A stretch of 63,991 nucleotides of DNA, the filler included, from Sphacelaria rigidula (Eukaryota), in assembly GCA_964200075.2 (NCBI GenBank). It is 3 parts of 3 records of this genome, joined end to end, with 100 filler letters (N's around TTAATTAATTAA, not from the genome) between each part and the next. Parts side by side here need not be neighbours in the genome. Positions count along the whole stretch, not along the records: positions 1 to 21,304 come from CAXNAA020000439.1; 2 more parts are not named here. One strand, 5' to 3'. This document shows, one piece after another, positions 1-12,400 of the stretch. How positions within the stretch are numbered: position 1 is the first letter of the stretch; the number at the start of each line of letters is the position of its first letter. A model generated the notes under the pieces. That model had not been told where the DNA came from, did no database searches, and saw only the letters and a list, made by a program, of their open reading frames with translations. The position numbers and the translations under genes are program-made.

Positions 1-289
1 AAATGCGCCACCCTTTTTTTCTTTAAAAGCATAAGGGTCTACCCTTTTTTGTATATTGCCCTTGTAAGAATGTGGAGATGTTATGCAGGTGCAACGGGGG
101 AGGTGTCATTGGTGTGGTTTTGAGGCCGCAGTCAGATCATATGTGAAATCACATTCCGTAAGGCAAGAGGGAGTAAATGCCCTGTGATGATGGTAGTTTT
201 TATATTGTGGAGTTGGGGGGGGGATTCCAAGGAAAACTGAAAATTTTACTGCATCATCATCTAACCATAACAGAGCGGTACTGTATACT

Positions 290-504
290 GTATCTCGAAC
301 TCGGCTCCCGGTATCCTGGTTTATCAGTTATTCGCTGGCTCTGAGTTGTGTTCTATTTTTTCAAGTGAAAGTAATCGCGATTCATAGGAGGACCTGACCT
401 GGCGGTGAAAGGGTCTCATCATTTGATGAATCGCCATCACTTTCACTTGAAAAATAGAACAAAACCAACCAGGATACCGGGAGCCGAGTTTGAGATACCT
501 CTAA
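290..504. mobile_element. MITE family A, copy 1 (left end truncated), Tc1/mariner-like
   Basis: Imperfect inverted ends gtatctcgaactcggctcccggtatcctgg ... ccaggataccgggagccgagtttgagatacctctaa, followed by TA. Homologous to 928-1125 in the opposite orientation. Confidence 0.75.
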
Positions 505-927
505 TAATAACAAGATCCTTTATTTCACAAGATTGGGTTTCTAGCATTCGATTGAGGTCACTTCTTACGTATAAAAAAACATTATTATAAAAAAAAAAGC
601 AATTTCCTTATAATCGACTAAAACTTCGATTCTCCATAGGACGCTTCTTATTTACTCTGGAGTATAAAAAAAAAATGATGATAAAAAGCCGTTTTCTGAT
701 GATCGACCGAAAATCCACTTCTTCCTACGTGATGATCAGAAAGCGAAGAAAGTGCAGTTTGTAAGTACTCACTCGTTTAATAACAACGTCGATCGAACAC
801 GTAAGAACGAGTGCTTCAAAAAATCTGTTGGAAAACATGCTACTATTTTTGAAACACTTTTTATCCCTCTCATAGAAGAAGTAAGGTGTTGAAAGTGCGA
901 CAAAAAATACAGTGATGCTACTTCTTA

Positions 928-1125
928 TTAGAGGTATATATCTCAAACTCGGTTCCCGGTATCCTGTTTTTTTTTTTTTAAGTGAAAGGGATAGTGGTTT
1001 ATCAAATGATGAGACCATTTTACCGCCAGGTCAGGTCCTCCTATGAAACGCGATCACTTTCACTTACTTGAAAAAATAGAAAAAACAAACCAGGATACCA
1101 GGAGCCGAGTTTGAGATACCTCTAA
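928..1125. mobile_element. MITE family A, copy 2, complete with TA flanks
   Basis: TA|ttagaggta...tacctctaa|TA. TIRs are about 35 bp. The internal segment accgccaggtcaggtcctc is the reverse complement of the copy 1 internal segment. Confidence 0.8.
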
Positions 1126-1141
1126 TATGTGTATAATAATA

Positions 1142-1566
1142 CAACTAGTTGGAGAGTTCATTTTTAGCCCTTCCTTCTCCGTCGTTTTTCCCTCGAAAAG
1201 AGGGCTAGGCGGATGTTGACACCTGGGGATTACTTGCCCTACTCACTGAGACCGTTCCAGAGCAACTTTGCGCCTTCCGTAGGTCATAGCTTCGTTTTTT
1301 GCCAAAAATGTATTTTCAATAACAATCGGTGCAGTTATATAAAAACAGGGGGGAAACTGCCATTTTTTTTATAACTTGACCGTTTGTTATCGAAAATAAT
1401 GCAAGTTTGGCCAAAAACGAAGCTATGACCTACGGAAAGCGCGAAGTTGCTCTCGAACGGTCTCAGCGAGTAGAGCAAGTAATTCCCAGGGGTCAACATC
1501 CGCCTAGCCCTCTTCTCGAGGGAAAAACGACGGAGAAGGGCCAAAAATGCACTCTCCAACTAGTTG
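1142..1566. mobile_element. Foldback (near-palindromic) MITE, TA-flanked
   Basis: TA|caactagttggagag...ctctccaactagttg|TA. Arms of about 200 bp are imperfect reverse complements around a short spacer near 1345-1365. Confidence 0.85.
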
Positions 1567-1602
1567 TATTTTTTTATACTTATATATATAGGAAGTAGCC
1601 TG

Positions 1603-3350
1603 ATTAATTAATTAATTATTGTTCGGGGATGGTCGATATATGGTTGGATGGTTGGTTGGATTGTATTTTTTGGACAAGGGAAAGACAATAGTAATATGTG
1701 GATCGAAAAATAATTTTATAACTCGGCAACTGTCACATATTATAGAAGACGAGAACGAAAAAACAGAAGTGCGAGGGAAGTCGTACGGTATGAGGAATAC
1801 GCGAGATACTGGTACGACACACGGATGCGGTATATCCGTGCGAGGGAAATGAAAAACGGAAAGAAAAAGAACAAGAAAAGTAGTAGTACGCAAGTAATAG
1901 GTTGTGAAACATGGTCGACATGAGGTTGAACGTGAAGCACAAAGTCGGTGTGAGGGAAGAGAAAAAAGGAGGGGAAAGTACCACAGAAAATAAGGAGCAC
2001 GCACAAGGCAAAACGCAAACACAATTAGTTGCAAAAGGGATCAAGATGGGAAAAGTAGGGTACGAGAAGCCTCCTGACAACATAAGAAACGGCGAGAAAG
2101 GATAGAGGCATCGAAGAGTCACCGAAGGCGCGTCGTCAGGGTCACGGGCCGACGAAACCCACGTTGATGGAGGTACCACCTCGTCCACCCCGTCGCGCAG
2201 GTACCGATACCCCTGGTTCTTGAGCGCCTCCCTCACGGCGAACCCATGTTCCACAACTACACAACAACTTTTGTTGGGGACCAACATATATATGGATAGC
2301 TGGGGCCGACATATACTAAAAAGTAGAACGCCGTAGTGACAATGTGTAGATGATGTTGGAACCGGTGATAGAATGATTGCAGAAGGGAGGGGATGTAGTG
2401 GTGGTTGTGACGTCATGAGATGAGAGATCGCCGCGCAGTGAGTTATTGACGGGTCCTCCGTTGATTGCCAAAGAAATGGTGCAAGTATGGACATTGATGG
2501 GATATCGCCGGAAAGATGGGCATGTTGAGTGTCGAGAATGCACGGTGCAGAGGTGAGGCAATGTATGATATTCAGCGAAAAGGGGGGAGTGTAATGGTGG
2601 TTCGTCGTTTGAGCGAGGTAATGGTAATGTGCGGTAAGGTAGGCTATGTGAAGACGAGTGCCATGGGATCTTTCCGGGAAATTCCGATGATATATCGGCG
2701 GCGAATGAAGAGCGAATAGAGGGCGAATGGTGCAAAGGTAAGGTGCGGTAAGATCATTTGCGGAAATTGGAATTTTTTATTATCGTGGATGGTCGCTGGA
2801 TATCTCGTGAGAGGGCCGGAGAATCATCGGGATTTGGACGGTGAATTCTGTGTTGGGGAGGTATGGTCAGGTACCGTATTGTAATTTTATGGAAGTGTAA
2901 CGCGTATTAAGGTGGCATAGTATGTGGAGACTACTACGTTTTGACGTTTCTGGGATTTGTTTATGGGGCATCTGCGGCGAAGTATGCGGGCGCTTGGAGG
3001 GTGCCTACTGCAAAGGTTACGTGCGTTAAGATCATTAGCGGAATTCTGGAAGTCTAATCGTGGTTCCTCGAGGGGTTTGATGTGTGCGTTTGATGGGAGA
3101 TAGCCGAGAAATTATGGGATTTTTTTAAGGTGGATGCTGCCATCGTGGGTTATGTTGACGTACTGTACTGTAGTTTTTCGGAAGTGAAAGGTGTGTTTTT
3201 GTGGCGTATGTGAAGACCAGTGCAATTGGATTTTTCGGGGAAATGTTGATGGTGTGCCATCAACATTTCCCCGAAAAATCCAATCGGAACTCGGCAAGTT
3301 TTATCGTGGTCGTGGAAGCGTTTAATGTGTAATTGCTGGGGATTATCGGG
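1603..3350 (-). mobile_element. Degenerate non-LTR retroelement-like sequence with (TAAT)n 3' tail; 5' boundary uncertain
   Basis: The minus strand ends ...cccttgtccaaaaaatacaatccaacca...aacaataattaattaattaa. The same 3' end and tail recur at 56017-56099 (+). The ORF remnants are broken. Confidence 0.45.
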
Positions 3351-3410
3351 ATTTAGAGGGTAGATACTAAGTGTCGTTGTACAGAGCCTGCTGTTCAGGA
3401 TTCGAACAGC

Positions 3411-3778
3411 GAGCGCTCACTGGTTCAATGGGTAAAGTGTTTGCTTCCTGAACAAAAGATCTACGGTTCGAATCCCGGCATGATCAATTATGGAAGGAAT
3501 GAGTTTGACGTGTGAACAGTGAGGCTTGCGAGAGGCACGAGGCCCTGGAGATCACTGATGTGTCATGCCGGGACGGACCACGCAACATATCTTTTGTTCA
3601 GGAAGCGAACAGTTTACCCATTGAACCAGTGAGCGCTCACTGGTTCAATGGGTAGACTGTTCGCTTCCTGAACAACTGTTCGCTACTGTTCGCTGAGCGC
3701 TCCAATAGCGAACAGTTTACCCATTGAACCAGTGAGCGCTCACTGGTTCAATGAGTAAACTGTTCGCTTCCTGAACAC
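3411..3778. repeat. Cluster of inverted, tRNA-Arg(CCT)-like head sequences (palindromes)
   Basis: A-box TGGTTCAATGG, anticodon arm TTTGC-TTCCTGA-ACAAA and B-box GGTTCGAATCC at 3411-3484. An inverted copy ends at 3638. Palindromes at 3594-3675 and 3707-3768 are centred on GAGCGCTC. Confidence 0.7.
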
Positions 3779-4169
3779 CTGTAGCATCGATGAGTCAATG
3801 CTACTGGGCATGGCAAGGACGACCTAGCAGTACAGCACGCATGAGGCGAGGATGAATTGGCGTTGGCGAGGAGAGATTACGGCAGGGAAGAGCGGGCGAG
3901 ACGCTGGGACGGCGATACGGTATGTGTTCATCATGTCTACCTTGCTACCTTTGGGCCCCACCTTGGAGAGATCTGGGCATGAGGTCCGTGACCTCTTCTG
4001 AAGGTGCATGGTACGAGGTATGCCGTCGCTGGGAGTGGGCGACGTTTTTACGTACGTCTGAGAAAAACGCCTGTAGGATTTTTGAACACCAATTAAATTC
4101 AAAAACAGATTTTCAGGACGAGGGGACGACAGTAGACGATATAAAAAGTTTCGTAAAATAATCGAAATT

Positions 4170-4300
4170 AATTTCAGAATCAGAGTGAACGAAGGAAGCT
4201 CATGAAACTTCGGTGTGGACGCCGTAAAAGTCCAGAACGGAAGCTGATGCGACATGGCTTGACGTGCACTTTTTTTGTCGCGGTGATTTGCCGCAGGTAA
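4170..4300. repeat. Dispersed repeat (DNA-transposon-like end), copy 1
   Basis: cggaagctgatgcgacatggcttgacgtgcac(t)ngtcgcggtgatttgccgcaggt matches 19950-20080 in direct orientation. Confidence 0.65.
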
Positions 4301-4349
4301 ACCTCCGTACCGTACCGTACCGTACCGTGCCCTATTCTTCATACTGCAC

Positions 4350-4620
4350 TTGCGCTACTTCACTACACTGCGGTGCACTATAGGGCACTGCAGTGCTGGG
4401 CAATGCGCTACGGTAAAGTACAGCGAAACCGTGCAGACAGTACGGCAGCACTTCCAAAAAACAGACAGAGCTGCATTGCAATTATTTTGCGACATGCCAC
4501 CCATAACGGTGGTACAAGACGCCACGACCTCTGAATGGAATGGCAATTCCCCAATTTGTAAAATCTCGTGTTAAATGAGGGATTCACTGCTGGCCCAGCT
4601 CGTAGTGAAACTTATACTAT
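4350..4620 (+). pseudogene. Possible degenerate hAT transposase fragment
   Basis: PITVVQDATTSEWNGNSPICKISC*MRDSL resembles the hAT motif (L..DV.TRWNS...L.R....R.AL). It has an in-frame stop and was recognised by eye only. Confidence 0.35.
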
Positions 4621-5240
4621 CACCCACCTGTTCTCTTCCGTTCTGACTCAAAAATGAAAAAAAAAAAAAAGCATTTCTTGAAACTTTTTAGCAACACTTG
4701 CTTTCAAGGTGTTCATCGGATTTATTTCGTTGGAATGCATGTCATTATATGCGACGCATAACACATGAACTTGCTCAATGTACCACGGCGCATCAATGAG
4801 AGAAATATTCGGATGGTTTGTATCGCCGTTCTCCTTCTTTTAACGTCCGTCCAGAAAAACGTGTCGTTACGTTAGTACACGTATAGCTAACGAGTCCATA
4901 CTTCGAAGTGTCACACAACGCCATTCACCCTGAAAATTTGGCCGCTTGGGTAGTAGGTAGGTGATCTGTTAAATCGGCACCATTTACACGCGGCATTCAG
5001 ACATGTTAGTGTTCCATCCATTCAATAAATGGAACACACGAAAATAACGTGTTCCTACTGAAAGCCCGCACTGAATCAAATGATAGAGACACTTGATGTT
5101 GCGAAAAGGTTGATATAATATGAAGTGCACAGCAATGAACGAACACAGTACAAGAATACACCGCAAAAAATCAACGCCTGGCTCCTGCAGTATTCCACGT
5201 TTACTCCCAAGTATCATCCTATCAGCTGTGTATTTACGTT

Positions 5241-5496
5241 GAGTCATCCTACGATAGGGGGAGGGGGGGGGGTATTGTGGGCCACTTCTTGCACGAAATC
5301 CCAAGTCAAATTGTCGTTGAAAGCAGCAACGGTTGTTCGAACGAGCTTGTCATAGATATATAACGCTCACTCATACTGCTCGACACCATTTTTAACCATC
5401 TACAAGCGCACCGCGAGTGTGGTAGGTCGTCTTCGGACACACCTATGAGTCTCTTTTTCGTGCAATCAAATATCCCCCCCTATCGTAGGATGACTC
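5241..5496. mobile_element. MITE with 21-bp TIR (GAG...CTC) and 4-bp CGTT direct flanks
   Basis: cgtt|gagtcatcctacgataggggg ... ccccctatcgtaggatgactc|cgtt. Confidence 0.75.
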
Positions 5497-6364
5497 CGTT
5501 TTTAATGTTTACCTGTATGCAGTCTTTTCTGCCAGTAACTTGGTGGGAACTTGCATGCGGAGAGCTATACATATGTTATCATGATATTAACCGCCGAGCA
5601 ACTTCAGCACGTGCCATCACCATCCTATCGGCCATGAACTTCTGCCTCGCATTTCACCTGTTGTGTTCCAGTTCCCTCTCCCTATATATATGTATATGTT
5701 ACATGATCAGGCTGTGCTTTGATAAACAGGTCGTAGGAATTGTTACATAATATGATATGCACTTATTCCTGTTTTTTCCTCTCTAACTTTCTGTCTCTTT
5801 ATTAATACGGAGATATACAAATACATGTCGGAAAAAATAGGACCCATCCCTATGGCAAGGATGTGCTAGTTGATCCTCAACCTGCGGCCGTTTCTCGTTG
5901 TCAAGTTTCGTTCCGATATTTCCACGGGTCGAAGCGATGCTTCCTCGTCATTATATCGAACTTATCTTACGCGGGATGAATCTTGGTTTCCTGCGCTGTA
6001 GCGATTGTTAGTGTATGGTCGACTGAAGCGATTCTTTCCAGGTAGATCTGGAAACATCGTACGGGCTTCGCTCAAGCGATTTATCCTCGCCCTGAATGGG
6101 CTTTCTTCGTATATATAAGGGCATGTCTTGCAGTTGTACGTTTCCGTTTGTTTGAGGCCTCGAGCTATGTGTCCCAATTTGTTTCCACCAAACTAACGTC
6201 GATGCTATTGTGATGGGAGCTCAGAGGCAGTACTGGATTTTTCTCGGCGGAAAGAAGGGTTCGTTTGTGGTTTCATAATCCCTCCTCAGACCCACAGCCC
6301 TTAGCCCCGCGGTAGAAACGTCTCGTTGTCGTTCATGATGGGTCTCCCTCCGAGACGCATCCTA

Positions 6365-6404
<40 letters not shown>

Positions 6405-7065
6405 AGCACCCCCGCCCCCCACACCNNNNNNNNNNTCTTTTTTGCTTCGTGTTTGGGGTCCCCCCCTCGCTCGTGCCCCCCCCCCCCCCCCCCCCCCCCC
6501 CCTCTGCACTGCTCACTCGAGGGCGCCTGCCTAATCATCTGGTCGGTACGAGCTTGGTGCTTTATGAGTAATAGAATCGAATGGGCGTCCGAGTGTCTTT
6601 TCTAGCCGACAGCTGCATTTCTCCACCGTAAATATTCGACAGGAAAACGCTCAAGGGATTTGCACGCACTATACGTTTTCTACACACATAAGACTTGAAC
6701 ATCAGAAAAAAAAAACACAGTTTACATACATTATTTATCCATTCAGTCACTCTCGACAGTCTGATATCGCAGGTAGCCACAGCATTGTGAGGTGACCTGC
6801 AAGGAATGTCTACATACAGCTTCTACGGAGAATCAAAAGGACTCTTGTGCGTATCTCTCATCGTCCGCCCGCCAACCCCGTGACTCGATAATCAATGACT
6901 CATTAGCCCCCTTTTATGCTGAGCACAATCACCATTTTGCAGCAACGAAAGTTTGCTGTACACGTACATTTTGATTCACAGCAATAACGCCTCCAGCGGG
7001 ATTGTTGGAGTACCTTTTGTGCGTCTCACGTCGCCGCTTTTCTCCCAGACGGCACACATCGTGGT

Positions 7066-7144
7066 ATATATATATATATATATATATTCCAATATCTGTT
7101 ACTACTGCTGCTACCGCTGCTACTGCTGCTGCTGCTGTTGCTGC
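7066..7144. repeat. (TA)n and (CTG)n microsatellites
   Basis: Direct reading. Confidence 0.9.
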
Positions 7145-8019
7145 CTCTACCTCAACCGTTCTCCTAGAAGAGCAGATAATTCTACACTATTAAATATACT
7201 ATTTCGTCGCACGCACACACCCCTACGCCCAGTGTTCGCTGGAAGTAGGTAATAATAGTACCTTTCTTTATCACACGCAAGAAAATCACAATAGTCAATT
7301 GCCCTCGTCATCTCTGAAAGTCTTGCTCGCTGCTGTAGCGTACCTTGCACTCCCTCACAGAAACAGTCAACGCTTCCAAAGTTCCGCCCCCCTCCATTAG
7401 TGGCATTGATCACATTTCCATCAAATCTCTTCGAAAAACATGCGACAACCGAACCCAAACAAGTCTCACAACACTACAGCTATTACAGAGGGAACCCAAG
7501 TCGCGGCGGTGGTACTGCAGTTCTCGCCATGTTTTTCCGTCTGCATCCACAACTACCGTACATGCCAGCTTGCATCCGATACCCTGCCACGACCATCTCA
7601 ACCCCTACCACGACAACAGCAGGGTCAAATTTGTAGTTAATGCTTTTTATTGTGGCGCATGTACTTTCCTGCGCCGCGCTCGCCTTCTGTATCACGATCA
7701 CGACGACATACAACGCATGAACCCTTACGAATTCGTCACAATAACAAATCAGTCTCTTGGCGACATTCAACCATTTAGACAATCCAAAGAAGCAAACGCC
7801 GTATTCTTGCTTGGGGAGCGGGAAAAGACGGGACAGCACGTCCGCGCATGCATTGCATTTTCGTCACCTCTAAACGAGGCCTTCGCATTCCCCAAATAAG
7901 CAAACCACGAAATAGTAGTTTTCAAAAATGCTTTTTCTCTTACCCCGCCTGAAAATTCCACAAACAACAGTAGTTTACAACAACAAAAACAACAGCAGGA
8001 AGCACACACATAAAACGCC

Positions 8020-8033
8020 GACAACGACAACAA

Positions 8034-8076
<43 letters not shown>

Positions 8077-8088
8077 AACAACAACAAA
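8020..8088. repeat. (CAA/CAG)n microsatellite
   Basis: Direct reading. Confidence 0.9.
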
Positions 8089-9491
8089 CTTCCTGCCAGC
8101 TGCGACGATAGATCGCATCCAGTAACGCACCAAGCGACAAAATCTTGTTTGTTCCTTCATATGACCTTGCAAAATTGGAACGTCCCGTACTCGCCCCTAA
8201 CCCGACGTTTTACTGCATAGGCAAACAAAATACCGTCAATCTGATATACATACAATGGATAAGGGGATTCTGAGCACGCCGACTGACTCCTGTTCTTATC
8301 CTGACATCCGCTTGTTTCGAGAAAACATTAATGTCGGAACAGAAAAACTTAATTTGAACAAAAACAACGCGCTTCAAGTGTGACAGTATGTAGCTATACC
8401 ATCTGACTATTGGTATGCGTGAGACACCACATACTCCCAGACGGATCCCTATCTTCTATTATACCTACACCAACTTCCGCTGTTCCGTCTTGCCTTGTGC
8501 ATGACGCCAAGAAAAATCCAGAAAACAGTAGTACAACATGGTCGATCATGTTCCGACAACAGCTTGAGTTGAACTGCTGCGTCGAGTTCGGTAGTACGTC
8601 GAAGTGCGACGCGTATAGATCACAAAATATATTTTCCATGTCATAGGACATATGATTTAGGTACTTTGCCGCATACGTTTCATTATTGCGCGCTGAACGT
8701 GCGCTGTCATCTGACCACTATTGTTTTCGAACGAAAAAAAAGTCAAAGTCCCATATACTCATACGGCAAACAGCGTGGACTTGAGTCGGGAACATCCCGT
8801 CTGGTACGTCGACGTAAAAGACGCGCACTCCGCAACGAAGCTTTCTCGTACAACGGCCCAACAGAATTCGGGTGCAACTGAAAAACGACTTTCGATGTAC
8901 CTATTCAAAGATAGAAACAAACGTACCATGTGGAGTCGTCTACATCGATTTTGATGCCGCACAATTGTTGAGACACAAATCAAGGTTTTCACGACAGTAA
9001 CGACGGCGCGCGACGATGCGCCAAGTGGTCGCTGCTGATGTTGGTTGTCAGGAGCGACGAGCCCCCCCCCCCTGCCTCAAAGTGACACTGAGGAAAAGAA
9101 CGTCCGGAGGTAACAGAAGTAGCACCGCTCTTGATCCTCTCAGTATTACACGCAGCAGTTGAGTCGAGCGCCGTTTCGTTCTGGATGATCCTTGTAGTAG
9201 TTGGAAGAGAGGATGAACAATATAACCGAATCCGGGAAGAGAGGAATATCGATTTGAGTAATTCGAAGAGTAGCAAAGCGGCATGTTTTAATTGGCTGGT
9301 TGGTCGCATGACCGATTGGCTACTTGATCGTGCATCAAACGAGGGTGACGAAATCGAATTTATTTGAAGAAAACGGACAGTCTCGGCAGCGAGGAGAGCT
9401 GACATTGAGACATAACATGTATGTACAAAGCGCTACAAATGGAGCACTATTTTAGGCGTATCAACATCTCTCTCTTTTTTGTATACATATG

Positions 9492-12400
9492 TCACCTTTT
9501 GTGCCGGAACTCGGCCGAAGTAGTCGCTGCAGCTCTAGCACTACCAGCAGCAGCAGCAGCAGCGGTAGACGTATTCTTCATCGGCGGAAACACCACCAAT
9601 CCCAGTGTTGATCCCGCCACCGATGCCGACGCGTCCATCGACGACAACCTGCGCTGCTTCGGTTGCATAGTAGTAGTCGGCTCGTTCTCTGGCCGCATCA
9701 ACTGCTGCTGTGGGTGAGAGGAGGAACAAACCGAAGAGTTACAAGGAGATCCACAACAGGCGCAAGCTTCTGCTCCTTCTCCTTGTCCCCCCCGTCCACT
9801 TCCCCTGCCTTGCCCGACCCCATCGTTGTTGTCTGCGCTACCGAGCGTCTGCCTGGCAAAGTCGACGGTGGATGCGGTACCAACAAGAGAGGAGGAACTC
9901 ACATGCCGCCGGTGAAAGCTGGGTAATGGCGATGATGACGGTGATAATGGCGGGGCGGTGGTGACGGCGGCGGCGGTCCTCATCTTGGGCGTGCCTTCGC
10001 CGCCGCAAGGGACACAGGCTGGCATCGAGTTGGGCCGAATCAAGGAGCGGACGAGCTGGTCGGGTGCAGGGGGCGAGGCCCGCGTGTTGTTGTGATTGAC
10101 GAGGCCGCAGCTGACCCCGTCACTCACGCAGGCGTGTTCTCCCCCTCCAACAACGGGACGGCTCGGAAACTTACGCTCGCCTGTCGATGTCCGTTCCATC
10201 TTGGTTCGTATACGGTCGTACTCTTGTACTGACGTGTAGTATGTCGGAGGAGGTGCGTTTTGGAGAAAATGCCACAGGGAGAGAGGAAAGTAGGAGCAGG
10301 GTGGGGTTATTCTGGTAGGCTACGTGCTACATGCTATACGAAATAGTGAATTGTGGAGAACAAATGCTTTCGTATTTTTTCCCAGGTCTTTAGCACTCTT
10401 GCGTGGCGGATTGCTTGTTTCCCAATAAGGGGTGCGGAGGAGAGGGGGTGCGCACACAAGGCTACGAAACGTGGTAAAACTCCAGCTGGCACAAGGAGTG
10501 AGGGTTCAAAAAAGTAATTCAAGTGCTGGATAATTCAATGGCTCTCCGGCCTCATCGCCATGTAGGTGAGTATCACAGTGAATCGCGTCTGTCGATCTTG
10601 CCGACGACGTACAAACGTCGTTATGCAGCTGGTGCAAGTAAGATACACACGGAAAAAATAGGGAGCAGATAAGAAACAAGGAACAAGGAAACGACAACGC
10701 TTCCCCCCCCTTCTCACCGAGTTCCGTCCGGGTCACTTGTAATTGCGCCGCGAGGACCTCAAAGTCCGTCTTGCAAAGCGGCGATAACAGCGCTCGCCCA
10801 CTCCATCGTCCGCTGCTGCCTCTGCTGCCGCCGGCCAACCCGGTGTTATGCGGAAAGGATCCGTGAACGCTTAGCTCTGCCTCCATGTGGTAGTTGGCTA
10901 TTTTCGTGAGCAAAGCGTGTACCTTTTGTTCCAGTGCGGGCAAAGAAGGCGGAAAAGAAGAGAGGTGTTAGGAGAAAGAAAGAAACATTGTCGGCTTGGG
11001 TGCCGGCGGCAGGAAGCCGTTCCATGAAGATATCGCGGGGTGGAGTGGGTTGATAACAGCGTGCATAACCACCTTCTGTCTGAGTCCTTCGTGCAAAATT
11101 ACCCACCACCGTGTCACGTATACGTGATACTGTAAATATACGGGATCTACAAGTACCGAGACGTAAGACCAAGGAAAATGATGACGCGATATGATACGCT
11201 TCTATCCTGGACGCGCCAAAATGTTATTCTCTGCATAGCTTTCACCTGAGAGTGAGTGGCCGGAGGGATCGTTACAAGTTCCGCCACCTTTCGACAGCGG
11301 TAGTGCTTTGTAAGGAAGGGATGTTGCAGCAGCGCGCAAGCAGTTGGTCTATCTGCGGGCTCGCGCTGCAACATGAAGTCCACGAACTCGCACAGCTCTG
11401 GGGTAAAAGATTGGCGCGGGAGCGTCGGCACAGGGTCGTTGGCGATCGCCTGCATCATCTCGAACACTCCGCCATGAGTCGGGAGAGGGAACTTCCCGAG
11501 CGCAAGAGCAACAATCACCTGTTGCGTTTTGTGGTGTTTTTGGCGACAGTATTCGTCATGAACAACTTCGAAACATGAATGAGATACATTCTTCAGCGGT
11601 ATTTCTTGCAAATTGAGACCTGGCATATTGTTGACTTCTAAGCCACCAAAAAGCCATCGTCAACGATCCGTCCTCCAACGGCGGCGTTTCCGTGCCGCGT
11701 ACTACTTTTACGTGCAAACGTGCGCATACATCAGAATCCTCACCAGGCCAAGGCTCCAGATATCGCTTGGATACGAATAGTCTTTGTGAGTGATGCGCTC
11801 CGGACTCATATACGTAAGGGTGCCCGTGAACGTCTTAGCGAGGGAGCCTGTGCTGGTAAGTTCGCGCACAACGCCAAAGTCTGACAACTTCACGCGCCCA
11901 TGCTTGTCAAGGAGGATGTTGGACGGCTTGATGTCGCGGTGAATTTGATGCTTGGAGTGCATGTCCGCAAGTCCGCGGAGCACCGAGCGACCGACGGCTG
12001 CAAGCGCTCGCTCGGAAAGGGCCTCCCCGCGACTCACAAACTCTTGCAGAGTTCCGCCGTCCATGTACTCCATCACCATGCACACGCTCCCGGTCTCCGT
12101 TTCCGTGTACGCGTCGTGGAACGCAACGATGGGGAGGTGGCTTAAGGGTACCCCCATGCACCCGCCGCCACCGCCGCCACCGATACTGAAAGCACTCGCG
12201 TGTCTTCGGTGGCACTTGTAGTGGTCCTGCTGTTGACCGCCGGGAGTAGCGGCGGAAGCGGAGGCGGGGGTCGACGCGGTATAAGTGTTCCTAACGTCTG
12301 AGCCGAAGCCCCAAGTCGATTTTGGGCTGCTGCGCGTGTAACTGTAGCTGCTTCTGCCCGACGGGGGAGTGACCGTCGCTGTGGCCGGCGTAGATTGCGC

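Noticed and set aside
3411-3484. Functional tRNA-Arg gene
   Set aside because: The acceptor and T stems do not pair properly, so it is treated as a tRNA-derived repeat.
6301-6571. Poly-Pro / poly-Gly ORFs
   Set aside because: They arise from poly-C homopolymers around a sequence gap.
7345-7899. 184-aa ORF and similar short ORFs antisense to exons or within repeats
   Set aside because: No motifs and no splice support. Expected by chance or as shadows of GC-rich exons.
8989-9405. Extra 3' exon of the MAP2K gene
   Set aside because: The candidate donor at 9495 is phase 2, the nearest acceptor does not fit this ORF's frame, and there is no recognisable motif. A stop at 9492 is simpler.
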